A stretch of DNA of 64,000 nucleotides from Euglena gracilis (taxonomy: Eukaryota). Shown piece by piece: positions 49,299 through 64,000 of this stretch (position 1 is the first letter of the stretch; the number at the start of each line of letters is the position of its first letter). The DNA is taken from the NCBI GenBank assembly GCA_039621445.1, contig CP154954.1:25184954-25248953 (forward strand), in the 5' to 3' direction. The notes beneath the pieces are model-generated. The model searched no databases. It worked only from the letters and a program-made list of their open reading frames with translations, and was not told the DNA's origin. A program made the translations under genes and the position numbers.

Positions 49299-52200
49299 AT
49301 GGGCTGCGCCGCCTCGTGCCCCAGCGCCGATGCCTGTGCGGCGGCCCCCCCTGCCCCCCCGGGCGCCAAGTTGGGAGGCCCCAAGCGGGTCGGCCCCCCG
49401 GCCAAGCGGAGCGACGAGGGAAGCGCCCAGAGCCCGGGGAACAGCGCCTTGAGGGAGCTGGTGCGGGCGTGGGGTGGCCGCTGGGAGACACACAGGCCGT
49501 GCTTGGGGCCGGGGTTTGGTCTCGTTGGGGGGACGGCGGCCAGTCTCACCCGCCCCGGGGGGTCCTCCGCCCGCCTCGGCCCCGGTCCCTGGCCACAGCG
49601 CCGGGGCCCTCGCTCTGTGCTGGCCGCGGTGCGCCGCCGCCCGGCCGCCGCCGGCGATGCGACACCGCAGCCCCTCGTTCGACCGGCTGGAGCAGGTGGA
49701 CCCGGAGCCCTCTCCCAGCCAGGCCTCGGGTGGCCAGCGGGCAAAAGGTCCGTTCGTCTCCAACAGAGTTTGTCTCAGCCACCTATGACCCCCCCAGGGT
49801 GTTAACCGAGTGATGGTTTTTTGGGTTAGACCACCAGGCGAGGCACCAGTACAGCTGAGACGGGACCTCCTTTTTTTTCGCGGCAGGAGGTCGATTGGGT
49901 CGTACGGGGCGGACGTAAAGTTGAGGCAGCCCTGCGCCTCTGACCCCTCCCCCAGGGCTGTGCGGTAAGGACTGGTGGGGGGTCAACCCGGGAGGGGTGG
50001 TCGACCCCCCCCACCAATAGGGTTTGCGGGGATTCCCGTACGGCCCTGTTCAGGGGGAGGTCCAGCAGTGAAATGATCTGGGGGTCCTGGAACCCAAAAA
50101 AGATTTCCGGCATTTCCCACCAGGGAAGATGGAAAATATTTGGAATATCTTTCAGCCCAATTTTTTCAAAAAAAGTGTGTGAAATCGCGATTTCGGGCTT
50201 TTTTTTCAGTCCCGCAATTTTTTTTATCTGTCGCTTTGTGTTGGAATTTGCTGTTGTTTTATAGAGGGGATGGGGGGTTCCAGACCACCCCAGCGTTTCT
50301 CAAATGGATGCCTGCCCCATGACTTTTATGAGAGGAAGCATATTGTTCAAAATTACTCGAAATGCTTTTCCACTTCTGGGGGGTGCCCCCAGCCACAAGT
50401 TTGCTGCGGTCCCAGCCACAACCTATGTGGGAGAACCCAGGCTTATGGGCCTACAAAGACGCAAAAAATGAACATCGTCCAAATAGAACCCACTTCGAGG
50501 GAGGGCAGAAATGAACAGGTCATCATTGCAGGGACTCATGCCGATGTGGCGTTTTTTCTTTTACCTTCTGTGGATTTTGAAATTCAATTGTGAAAATGTG
50601 GTTTTCCATTGAAAATTCTTGATCCAGGCGTTTTGGATGTTTTTTTGTTGTTTTATTGTATTTTGTCTTTTTTTTGATTATTATTTTCAAGGATCGTTCT
50701 TGCGAGAGTACTTTTGGTACACGTGTGCGCATAAGGAGCCCGTGGGGGGCCCCTCCTTCTCGCCTGCCCCATCCACCTCGGCCCGTTGTTTGCAGAGGAG
50801 ATGGTCCATTCTCTGGCGGCCCAGAGGAACCCTCCTCCAAAGGAGCGGCGGAACGCCGTCATCTTTGTCCTCCCAGCTGAGCCCGGGCTTCCCCGCCCCA
50901 AGGGGTTCCACGACCTGCCGTTCGCTTTTGCCAAGGTTGCTGCTGTGGTCTCTGCCGCCGGAACGTGGCTTTGCATGTCGGCTTTTTTTTTGCGTTGTTT
51001 ATATTCTTTACATTGTTTATATTTTTTTTGGAAAGCCTGGCTGCGATATTTGAAGGCATGTCAGAGTACAGACAAAATGAACATTGAGAACGCAACGTTG
51101 TGTTTTCGTTTTTCTCTGTACAGCACTCCTGGTCATTAAATGATCAGATTTGTTCTAAAACAGCATTGGGAAATAAAATGGAAGAATGTTGTGTTGTTGA
51201 GTTTTTAAAAGTGGCTGAAAGAGGAGGGGAGTGTGGACGTTTTTTTTTGTAATGTGTATTCCTACATAATTTGATTTTTTTAATTTTCATAATGAATGTA
51301 AAAATTTGCGGCTGTTTTGCATTTTCTCCTCCCAATCGAACAGTTTTTTTTAATAATATTTTTTTTTGGAAAATGCACACAAGGTTTGCCCTCCTGCTAA
51401 GGGATCCCAAGGGATTCCCAGACAATTTGAAGCTGAAATTTCCACTTTTTTGCATTTTTTCCCCATTATTTTTGTTGCTTGATGAAGCTCTTTTGTTATT
51501 TTTTGAAATGAAATGTGAATGATTATTCAAAACATTGTTGCACAATGAAAATAATTTCTCCAGCAGAAGTGGAAAAAAAGGAGATGTTTATGGTGCGGGG
51601 AGGTCGTAACAGAACTAGCATGAGGTTTGCATTGTTTGCATTTTTCCCATTTGTTTTCCTTCTTTGACCACTGCATACCTTGTTGCACCCCCCCACTAAC
51701 AGCAGTCAAAATCATAGAATAAAAAGCAGGAATTTTTTTTTTCGCTTTGCTCCCACAAAAATGTCTCTTTTCTGCACACTGCATATGCTTCCTTTTCTGG
51801 ATACAGACCCAGGGCTGCAACACTGTGTCTGGGCTGTGCTGGGAAAGGACGGTGCCGGGATGCCCCAGCAGAGGCCACCCCCCTCTGCTGCGGCGCACGT
51901 CCCTGAGAAGTGGGCCGAACCCCGATCGCTGTCCCGCGCTAGCCGCATCATTCCGGTTCATGCCATTGCCACAACGTTGTTTGTGCCAAATTCTCCTTCC
52001 CAAGGCCAAATCATGCCATGGAATCCCAAATCCAAGATATTAAGGAAAAGTTTTGTACAGAGGGAGAAAGGTCCAGACCATCCCGGTCCACCCCGGAACC
52101 CAAGAAGTTTTGTGCACAGGAGAAGGGGGGTCCAGAATCCCCCCCCCCCGCTCATTTAGTGCCCTGCCCAAAGGTGCCCATGACCGACCGGCTGTCTCTT

Positions 52201-55200
52201 CTGGACGTCGCCCACTTGGGGGTGGTCAGCGACGGCCTGCCCCATCCCAGCCTTCCCACCGCGACCTTCCCGTGCGGCCCCCGACCGCGGAGCGCCGCCT
52301 CCGCCACCAACCTGTCTGGTCTGGATCTGAGTGCGCCTCCGCCGCCGGCCGGCTCGATGGCCCGGGCGGTGGCTCCCGACCCCTCGCTGAGGGGGACTCT
52401 GCCTTGCCGCCTCCAGGCCCAGCACCCCCCCTCGCCAAATCCCCACCGTTGCGGTCAGTCTTTCCGAACATCGAAGAGAGCGGGGCTAGTGATCAAGGCA
52501 ACCACAACCAAGCTTCTTTATAAGGAAGACCGCACTCTTGCCAGCTTCTTTTTTTTTTTTTGACTCGGAAGCTTCCGAATCACCCTGGGTTGACCCCCAA
52601 CTCCCCGCCAGGCCCGAGTTATTCACGCGCAAAGGAAAGTTCCTTTCCAAACTGGGAAGGATCGCCCGTCCCCCCCCCCCCTAGATGATCCCCCCCTTTG
52701 GACTCACTCTGCCATTTCGGGCCCCAAAATCGATATTTTCAAAATATCTTGCAAATGATGGAAAATCAAAGGAAATGTCCAGAGACCTAATTTGAAGCCC
52801 TTGGAATGCCCCATCTACTGGTATTTTGATTTCCCCGCAACTCTCCGCCTGGCCCGAGATACGGCTGTTTTTTGGCCAATTTGGGACGCTTTGTACACTT
52901 TTTCCACTGTCAGGCTCGTTTTCAGACCAAAAAAGTCGGAAAAAAAATTGGCCCAAAACCATGTTTTTTGGCCTCCCGGACCCGGAAAAAGTTTCCTTGA
53001 GCCGAAAACGAGCTTTTTTCGGCCCCTTGTCACCCTCACATTTTAATTGAAAAACGTCAATTCAGGGAGCCGGTTTATACAGGGCATCATATTAAGAGCT
53101 CAGCACTATTCAAAACCTGGTGGGGTCTGGCTGAGCCCCCACCCCGGGGCGGGGGTATCCCCCGGGGGGAGGATATATTTTTCGGCGCCGAAGGCGCCGA
53201 ATTTTTTTTATAAATGTGCTATTTCTAGCATCATTCGCGATTTCTGGCCATTTTCGGGGAAAAGTGGGTGGGTCCCCCGGACCGCCCTGTGGATTGGTGG
53301 GTGGGTGGGGAGGGGACCCTCCGGTCTTTAAAAAAAAAAACGCCTGGGTGGGAGTGGGTTGGGAGCCTGCCCCTCCCAGTGGATGGGCGTTGTGCAGAGG
53401 AGTTGGGTGGAAAAATTCTGATGCGCTGCAAATCTGTAAATTTTGTAAAAGAAGGGAATAATGGCGAAATTGATGTGAAATTGGGTTTCTATTTATCCCG
53501 AGACCAGAAGTTTGGTTCGAGGGCATTTTGGCTATCCAAAATAGCCGTCCAGGCAGGATAATTGGCAAAATTCGTCAAAATGGCATCTTTCATCTTTCAC
53601 AAGTTTTGATTGAAAAAGAAAATGCAAAAATAGCACAAGTTAATGCCGCTCATCTTTCATTTTGCTCCACCAGAGTTGGGGTATAAGAGATATCGTCTCT
53701 GGTTCGTCGACTCCGAGACGGGTTACAAGTGGGAGGCCCCCCATCCACCCAGTTGGGGGTGGTCGACCCACCCACCCACCCACAAAATTGAACAGGCATA
53801 AACGCCATAAAAACAAGGCCGGATTGGGCCTCGATACAGCCCCCCCCCCCCAACTCTTGAACATGCCCAGGAGAGGGGTTCATACGAGGTTAAACTGTTC
53901 AATGAATGTGTGCTTGAGGGCTTGAATGTCTGGCCAGACAGTCATATCTCTTTCCCGGGATTGCCTTGACCTGAGTTTGAACAGGAGCCTCGGGAGGAAA
54001 TTTGATCGACACGCTCGCAAACAAGAGGAGGAAAAAGCCATTAAAGCCCAAAAATGGAGGATTGCCGGCTGAGGGGCAATTTTAATATCACATGAACAGG
54101 AAGGTCCATCCAAACATGGAAACATCATCAGAAAATCTGGTATTTCCTGTGATTTTTGCCTCCTGTGGTGTTTTTCCAGGTTGTAAACAAGAGTGCACCA
54201 CGGGGTCACCGGCCCATGCGTGTCCGGCGTAGGCCTCCCCGACCACCCAGGCAAATTTCCAAAAGAATGACCGTTTTCTGAGTGAGCTCGGGCCCAAATC
54301 CCTGCCCTCTGAGGGGGGTCAAACAAGCTGCCCCCGCACGTGCCCAAAAAGCCACAAATGCGCTTTTGACCCTGGGGGACCTCCGCCCACCCAGCACAGG
54401 AAGGTCGCGAAGAAATGCCTACCAGTTCTTTGGGTTAGATACACCTCCCCCTCCCCAATTACCCCATAAAATCCCACCTTCGGCCGGCCAAGCAAACCAG
54501 ATTGTATTAACGCCGGGGGTTTTAAGTGGTTTGGAGGTCCGACAAGGACAAAAAATGATTGGCTAGCAAGGGTGCTGGGATCATAGAATTCAGATCTCCT
54601 CGGTAAGTGTGCGTGCCCCACCTCCAGTGTTCACATCCTGCAGCTTGGGGCGCAAACACGTATTTTTGTAGATTTTTTTTGTTTGTTTTTTTCCCTATTT
54701 TTTTGCAAAATTTTCATTTCCCCCTTTTTTTCCCCTCTGTTTTTCTGTGGTCTTTTCCAGTTATTTTTCAATTTCTGCTGGATAATCTTTTGACTTCGAA
54801 AACCGCCCCAGTTTCCCCTGGGACCAAAAGTTTCTCAATTTTTTTGTCATTTTGCATTTTTTTGGTCAACAAATTGCATTTTTATGTAAAACAAAAATTT
54901 CTCCCTGGCAGAGGTGAATTTTTTCTGAGTCCTGTTCAGGAGATATTCCCGGGGCAGGCCCTGAGGGATTTTCATGCAACTTGCATTTTATTTGTATTTA
55001 TTATTCATTTGCTTTTATTTGTTGTTTTATTATTATTATTATTTATTCACATTTGTTTATATTTTATCATTACTTTTATTATTGCCTTTTTTGTGTCTCG
55101 GTTTTCGAGGGCACATGCTGCGTCCCCGCCCCCGCTTCTTGCCTTCAATTTCCTTCTCCCCCCCCCCCCCCCCTCACATCTGCCTCTGCTTTTCATGTGA

Positions 55201-57476
55201 GGAGTGATTTGTGTCCGACCCCCTCCCCACCCCAGGGTTGTACAGGAGGTCGACCGCGCCCCCCCCCCCCATCCCGGTGGGCAGGTGGGAGTCTCCCCCA
55301 CCAGGCCTTCCTGTACAGCCGTGCCCCACCCTGCCCACCAACTGACGCCTTTCCATCGGGACGTTGACTGCCAACAGCCATCCCGTCCGGTGGTGTGCCG
55401 CGGTGGGACGGAACGGGAAGTATTCCCAATCCAATACTCTCCTCATTCCGCATTGGATCGTTTGCTTTTGCATTTCTCTGAGCACAAAAAGGAGAGTCCC
55501 CCCCCCCCCAAAGAAGCCCAATTTTCACACAGTCCCATCCCTGCAAGGGTGGGGTGGTGTTGAGCATCCTTGAAAGATAAGCAAATGCCGGGCAATAGAA
55601 ATCTTGTTTCTTCCCCTTCAGCTTCCACCATTTTCAGTATTTTCTGTAAAGCTCGCTCGGGTTTTTAACGTGTGATTTAAAATTTGATTTAAAATTTGAT
55701 TTGTGATTTTGATTTAAACTAGTGCGTTCATTTTTACTGGCCATCATCTGCTGCAGGCAATCTTGACCCTCATTGTTCCGTCTGGAACACTGGGTTGGAC
55801 TTCAGGCAGAGCGACACATTTTGTCCGTCGTCTTCAATTCTTCGCCCTGCCTCTCACCACATCAGCACCCCCCCGCAACCGATGGGTTGCCAGCCACCCC
55901 AAACATTTTTTTATCTACACGCTGACACAAACATGCATGTGCATGTGCACGTGCATTTCCTCAGCCTAGGTCTATACCACTCCTCGCAGCCGTGGTTGCT
56001 GCCCCCCACACGACGTCCCGTCCTTGGTCTGGGGCAGGGGCCTGCACCCGTATATGGGTGATGTGCTTGTCCCTCATATTCATTCACTAATGCCCCATGC
56101 TGTGGTGTGTCCTCACATGCCCAACTTTCACTAGGTTGGGGGGGGCAAACACATTCAAGCACATTTATTTTTTTGATTTTGACAAGATTTGTTTTCTGCT
56201 CGTGTGCGTATGTGTGGGTGGGTGTCTTCCTGGCGGTTTTATTATTTTTTGCAGGAAATTTTTTCGACATTTTAAAAAATTCACACGTTGGGCCCGTTTT
56301 TTTTTCCGTGAGACCAATTTTCTGCATATTTTGAACAAAAAGTGCATTTTTTTAAAAAAGATAAGTGCATTTTTCCGAATCAGCATCTTCCCAAAGCCTA
56401 TTCAAATGTAGACAACAAAATGCAGTGGCACATTATGTTTATGCAACCATATGGACAATGTTGCATATGGTTCTTTCTGCAGCAGAGAGCCGGGAGCTTC
56501 TGGAGGAAACCACATGTAACTAGCGTTTTTTTTTTGCGTCTTTTTGCGTCGCATTTTTCATTCTTGTGATCCCCCCCTGCCCAGGGAACCTCTGGGAAAC
56601 CAGTCCTTACTCGGAATGGCATCAGTGGAGCCACTGGATTGCCACGTGTCGCGTGTGTGACGGTGCACATGATCACCAGCATTCATCATTGGGAAATTGC
56701 ATCATTGGGAAAAGTCATGCATCATTGGGAAGTTGATTCCCAATGATTCCAAGGAAGGCGCTTGTGCAGTGCAAAACTGTGTAGTGAAGGGTTGGCTGAT
56801 TTTGCGATTCATGATGGCGCAAAGGGAGAGAGCGCCACAGGGAGGGGAGGGCTGTGCGCCCAAAACAACGTGTGTGTGTGCACAATCCACCAGGCTATTG
56901 CTTAAGGGTTCGCAGCACCCCCCCGGCGGGGGGCCTGGACTGCAGCTAGTCCACATTTGGCCAATGGAAATCCTTGTCGACCCTCTCCCCGGTCAACATG
57001 CAGCATATGGGATGAAATATTTTTTTTCCCCAGACCCCCCTGGAGGGTTTCGCCAGTGTCTAGCAAAATAGCAGCCAGTGCACCCCCCGGGGGGCTTAAG
57101 CAATGGCCTGCAAGCCACTGACACCCTCAATGTGCGCGGATGCGTAATGTGTTTGGGAGGGCGCCGGAAGAATGGGTCCCGGGCCTGTCCGCCGGCGCAT
57201 TTCTACGTGAACGGGAGGAGGGTGAGCTCGGTTGTCAGCAACTGCCGGGTGGTCCACACCCGGGGGGGGGGGGGGGGGGGTTCCGGCTCAGGGCTGGGCT
57301 GGCGGGGGGCTGCGCAGACGCTGCTGATGGGGCCTCCCGGAGACCGCCCCACGCCCTCCAGTACACCCCTCCTCCCTGACCGTTGCCCCCATCCAACCGC
57401 TGACACTCCCCCACTCCATATAGCTCCGAAGACGCGACACGAGTGTCTTCAGCTTGGGGCCATCTCGCTGCTCTGA
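49299..57476 (+). CDS. Gene B: paralog of gene A (approximate exons 49299-49468, 49600-49729, 50796-~50964, ~51847-51955, 52174-~52450, ~57160-57221, 57318-57476; internal exons may be missing)
   Basis: A pyrimidine tract and CAG lie 9 nt before MGCAASCP. GT-AG introns at 49730-50795, 51956-52173 and 57222-57317 are phase-consistent. It shares motif blocks with gene A in the same order. Confidence 0.72.
55233..55323. mobile_element. 91 bp hAT-type MITE
   Basis: TIR CAGGGTTGTACAGGA / TCCTGTACAGCCGTG, with an 8 bp TSD CCCCACCC (55225-55232, 55324-55331). Confidence 0.8.
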
Positions 57477-57721
57477 TCGCCTTCTCCTTTGGGCCCCCCC
57501 CCCCCCCCATAGTGCCTCACAGCGGCGGTTCCTGCCTGGTGACGGAGGTTGTGCCCAGGGGCCCTGTTACCCTATGCTTCTCAGCTGCGCTGCGTTCGAG
57601 TGCCCTGGGGGCTGCGGCGCAACTGCCGCGGTCGGCATTCGTTTGGAGTGTGCTGCATCTATTGCCGTTGCTGCGGGGGAGCTCACTCGTTTGACCACAA
57701 ATTCACAGGGATCATTCAAAC

Positions 57722-57846
57722 GGGTAGTCACGTGCGAAGTGGATAACTGCTGAAAGCATATAAGTAGGAAGCCCACCTTAAGATAAGTACTCTTCATACG
57801 TTACGGTAAGACGAACCGTTTGATAGGTATCAGGTGTACAATTGGT
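57722..57846 (+). pseudogene. rrn23: Plastid 23S rRNA 3'-region fragment (nuclear plastid DNA, NUPT)
   Basis: GGGTAG...GGATAACTGCTGAAAGCATATAAGTAGGAAGCCCACC...AGACGAACCGTTTGATAGG matches the conserved plastid-type 23S 3' end. It is only ~125 bp, with non-rRNA flanks. Confidence 0.9.
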
Positions 57847-58941
57847 TGTTGTCCCCCCAGCACATTGCTTTAACATTATCAAACAGTGTTAAATTTTATG
57901 AATGGTTACATACTGCATCCCTGAAATCCTGAAGCACAATCCTTGTTCTCGAAATATAACAAGTATTTATCTCCTAATTGCTCATATGATTGGGCAGGAG
58001 TGATACGGTGTGTTTATTTTTGAATCAGCACACCATGCCAAATCTCATTGTTGTTTTTCTGTCCGTTGCATCCACCCTATACCAACCTCTTCAACACAAC
58101 GACCATGCCCTTTTTTCCTTCAAATTTCAAACAGACTTTACAGATAAAATATCCACCTTTTCTTTTGAGCCATTGCATTCTTGTTTCAAATGGGCATGGC
58201 TTTGTTTGGCTGAAGCATTCAAAGTCCTCAGGGCTTGAATGAGGCCTGGGATAATTGTATCTGCCAGAGAAACAGGCCAACCGTGTTGTGCTTTGCTTCC
58301 CCTCAGCAACATTTTCCCTCCACCCCCAGGCTGTATGGTTTGCCCTTTTTCTGCTGGCACACCCACACCTGACAACAGTTTGCATGATGGAGACCTGCCC
58401 GTTTGATTTGTAACCCCCGAAGACGAGAAGTGATAAAGCTGGTCCAGAATGATTTTAATCCAATTTAACAAAATTGCAAATGTGTACTGCGCATCATGGG
58501 TGCTCAACGCCCCCTAGGTCTGATGAAAGGCAATTCAGTGAAGAAACAGGCTTAAATGTATGTGTTTTCCCCCTCCTTGCTTGCAACTGCAGGTGACCTT
58601 CGGTCTTAGCTTGCGTCGTGGCTTTATTTCTTAATGTTTTGGCCTATTTCAATATGCTTTTGATTCCACTTTCACTTTGGAAAATTTCTGAAAAAGTTGC
58701 TTTATTTTCAAGCCAGTTGAGGTCAGTGATTGCGAGTGCCGTTGACCCCCCCCCTGCACTTGGCTTGAGGATTGAAGGTGGGGGGTCAACCTTGGGGGCC
58801 AAGTTTCCATGTGAAGAATTTCGGCGAGACAATTGCACCCTGATGACCACAGAATCCTGCACAAACTGCCAACATTTTTTGGGGGGGATGGGGGAAACTA
58901 GCATTATTATTTAAAGTACCTTAATTTTTCCACGAATGAAA

Positions 58942-62156
<3,215 letters not shown>

Positions 62157-62158
62157 TG

Positions 62159-63405
62159 CACTCAGTTGTGAAAGTCTTCCAACCCCTGGTGTGTCAAAAG
62201 CCTTCACACCCCCAATTTTTTTTGGAGAACTTAAACAGGGGTTCAGTTCACCCCGGTACCTCCCCCCCCTTGTCCAACGACCGGGCTTGTCAAACGACCC
62301 CCCCGGTCAGAGACGATAATTTTGTATACGATGTTGGTTCGTCCAAAATTGCTAAAAATTGGCTAAAAACAGTCAAAAATAACCCAAATGGTCTAAAATG
62401 GCCGAGGGATGGCCAAAGGTGCCCAAAAAGTTGCCAAAAAAAAGCAAAAATAAGGCAAATATGGCCAAAAGTAACCAAAAACAGCCTAAAGTGGCCAAAG
62501 ATGGGCAAAGGGGGCCAAAGTGTGGCCAACAGTTGCCAAAAGTGGCCAAAAGCGACCAAACATGGCGAAAAGTGGTCAAAAATGCCTAAAAATTCCCAAA
62601 AGCGCCCCAAAAACGTCCAAAAATGGCCAAAAGTGGCCAACTGTAGTCAAGAAATAGCATAAATGGCCAAAAACAGCCCCAAAATATACCATATACCCCA
62701 TCTATGGTAAATTCTCCTCCGATTTGGGGGCCACCCCGCTTGTCTAACGACCACCCACCAATGGTCGGAGACGAACATTAGCCATTTTAGCGACCGCCCC
62801 CCCCCCCCGCGGTCAGAGACGAACATTAGTGGTCGTTGGACAAGGGGGGGGGGGGAGGTATCTCAAAAGCCGCACATAAGAATGCTTGCACAGGGGACAT
62901 GTGATGCTGCTGGGTGTGAGCAACGTTGCCCATGGTCCCTGAATGGAAGGCACAATGAAGTCACACACCAGGTGCCAGCAGCAAAAACACACGACAATTA
63001 CGGCACACGACTGATTACTCTTTAGGAAAGAGATAGCAAATTAAACAGAATGATTCAGTACAATTTTTGTTGTGAAGGTAAGGCGTGTAGTGGATCGTAG
63101 GGACCGAACAATTTTTTCCCCCATCCAACTGACTAATTATCCCGAAGGGCGATCAGCTGTGTGCGATGTTTTTGCTGCTGGCACCTGGTGAGTGGCTTCA
63201 TTGCACCTTCCGTTCAGCGACCATGGGCAACGTTGCACACACCCAGCAGCATCACATGTCCCCTGTGCAAGCATTCTTATGTGCGGCTTTTGACATACCG
63301 GGGTGAACTGAACCCCTGTTTAAGTTCTCCAAAAAAGTTTGCAAAAAATTGGGGGTGTGAAGACTTTTGACACGCCAGGGGTATGAAGATTTTTGCAACT
63401 GAGTG
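62159..63405. mobile_element. Foldback element with ~240 bp inverted arms (CACTCAGTTG...CAACTGAGTG), Tc1/mariner-like
   Basis: The left arm (62159-62258 plus 62861-~62992) is the reverse complement of ~63160-63405. It sits within TA-rich microsatellite. Confidence 0.8.
62259..62858. mobile_element. 600 bp MITE with a TA target duplication, nested in the left arm of the foldback
   Basis: TIR CCTCCCCCCCCTTGTCCAACGACC / GGTCGTTGGACAAGGGG...GGAGG, with TA on both sides. The opposite arm preserves the empty site with a single TA. Confidence 0.9.
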
Positions 63406-64000
63406 TGTATATATACATACACACACATATATATTTTTATATATGTATAACATATGTATACATGTGTGTATGCATATACATATGTGTGTATATATGCATT
63501 TGTATATATGTATAAATGAAAACGGCAAAGATGAGAGCAGCAGAGGTGGGTTCTTCCCTTTATTTTTTCCACCCGCCCCCCCCCCCTAGTCGTACGACCA
63601 CCCCTCATTTACGACCACCCCCCGGTCACAGGTTGCAGGTCATGGGGGTGTTACGACCCCCCCCCGGTCACAGGTTGCAGGAACCCGGTCATACGACAAG
63701 GGGGGGCGGGTACCAGACGTTGCACGTCGGAAGACGTACAGACCCCCCCCCCCAACGATGGTTCACGGGTTGTAGGGTGTGGTCAGTTGACAAACTGTTA
63801 TGTCGTACAATTTGTCAGTCTACAAACTGTTCTGCCGTACCCTGCAGCTCCACTTATCCCACAGAGCCGCGTTGTGAATGGCCTTGCCAACGAGTTTCCT
63901 GCTGCATCTGATATGTGAGTCTGATTTAGACTTTTGTGCAATCCACAAACCCAGTGGTAGGACCGTCAAATTGCTTGATCAGAGGGGTCCAGGGCCAACT

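Noticed and set aside
57722-57846. Functional rRNA gene or organellar contig
   Set aside because: Only ~125 bp is present, embedded in nuclear-type sequence.

Overview
Eukaryotic nuclear DNA that is repeat- and transposon-dense, with many poly-G/poly-C runs (single-base homopolymer errors are likely). It is most consistent with a photosynthetic euglenid: it contains a plastid-type 23S rRNA fragment and a hairpin intron that fits the euglenid nonconventional consensus. The ORF track is largely uninformative because the real genes are split into 16-290 bp exons. Reading by hand gives four co-directional + strand genes. Gene D is represented only by its 3' end (14.2-14.9 kb). Genes A (18.5-25.6 kb) and B (49.3-57.5 kb) are paralogous proteins that start MGC and are probably lipid-anchored. 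Gene C is an unrelated ~18-exon gene between them (29.4-47.6 kb), with every GT-AG junction phase-consistent. Bases 273-14191 are four near-identical ~3.5 kb tandem units, each carrying a defective hAT element. The 7.2 kb intron of gene C holds a nest of elements: a degenerate KDZ (Kyakuja-Dileera-Zisupton)-like transposase interrupted by palindromes of its own repeat motif, and a hAT remnant enclosing an intronless, high-GC3 orphan ORF. MITEs with readable TIRs and TSDs, foldback elements and a 3 kb compound microsatellite fill much of the rest. No database searches were run; all family calls come from motif recognition by eye.
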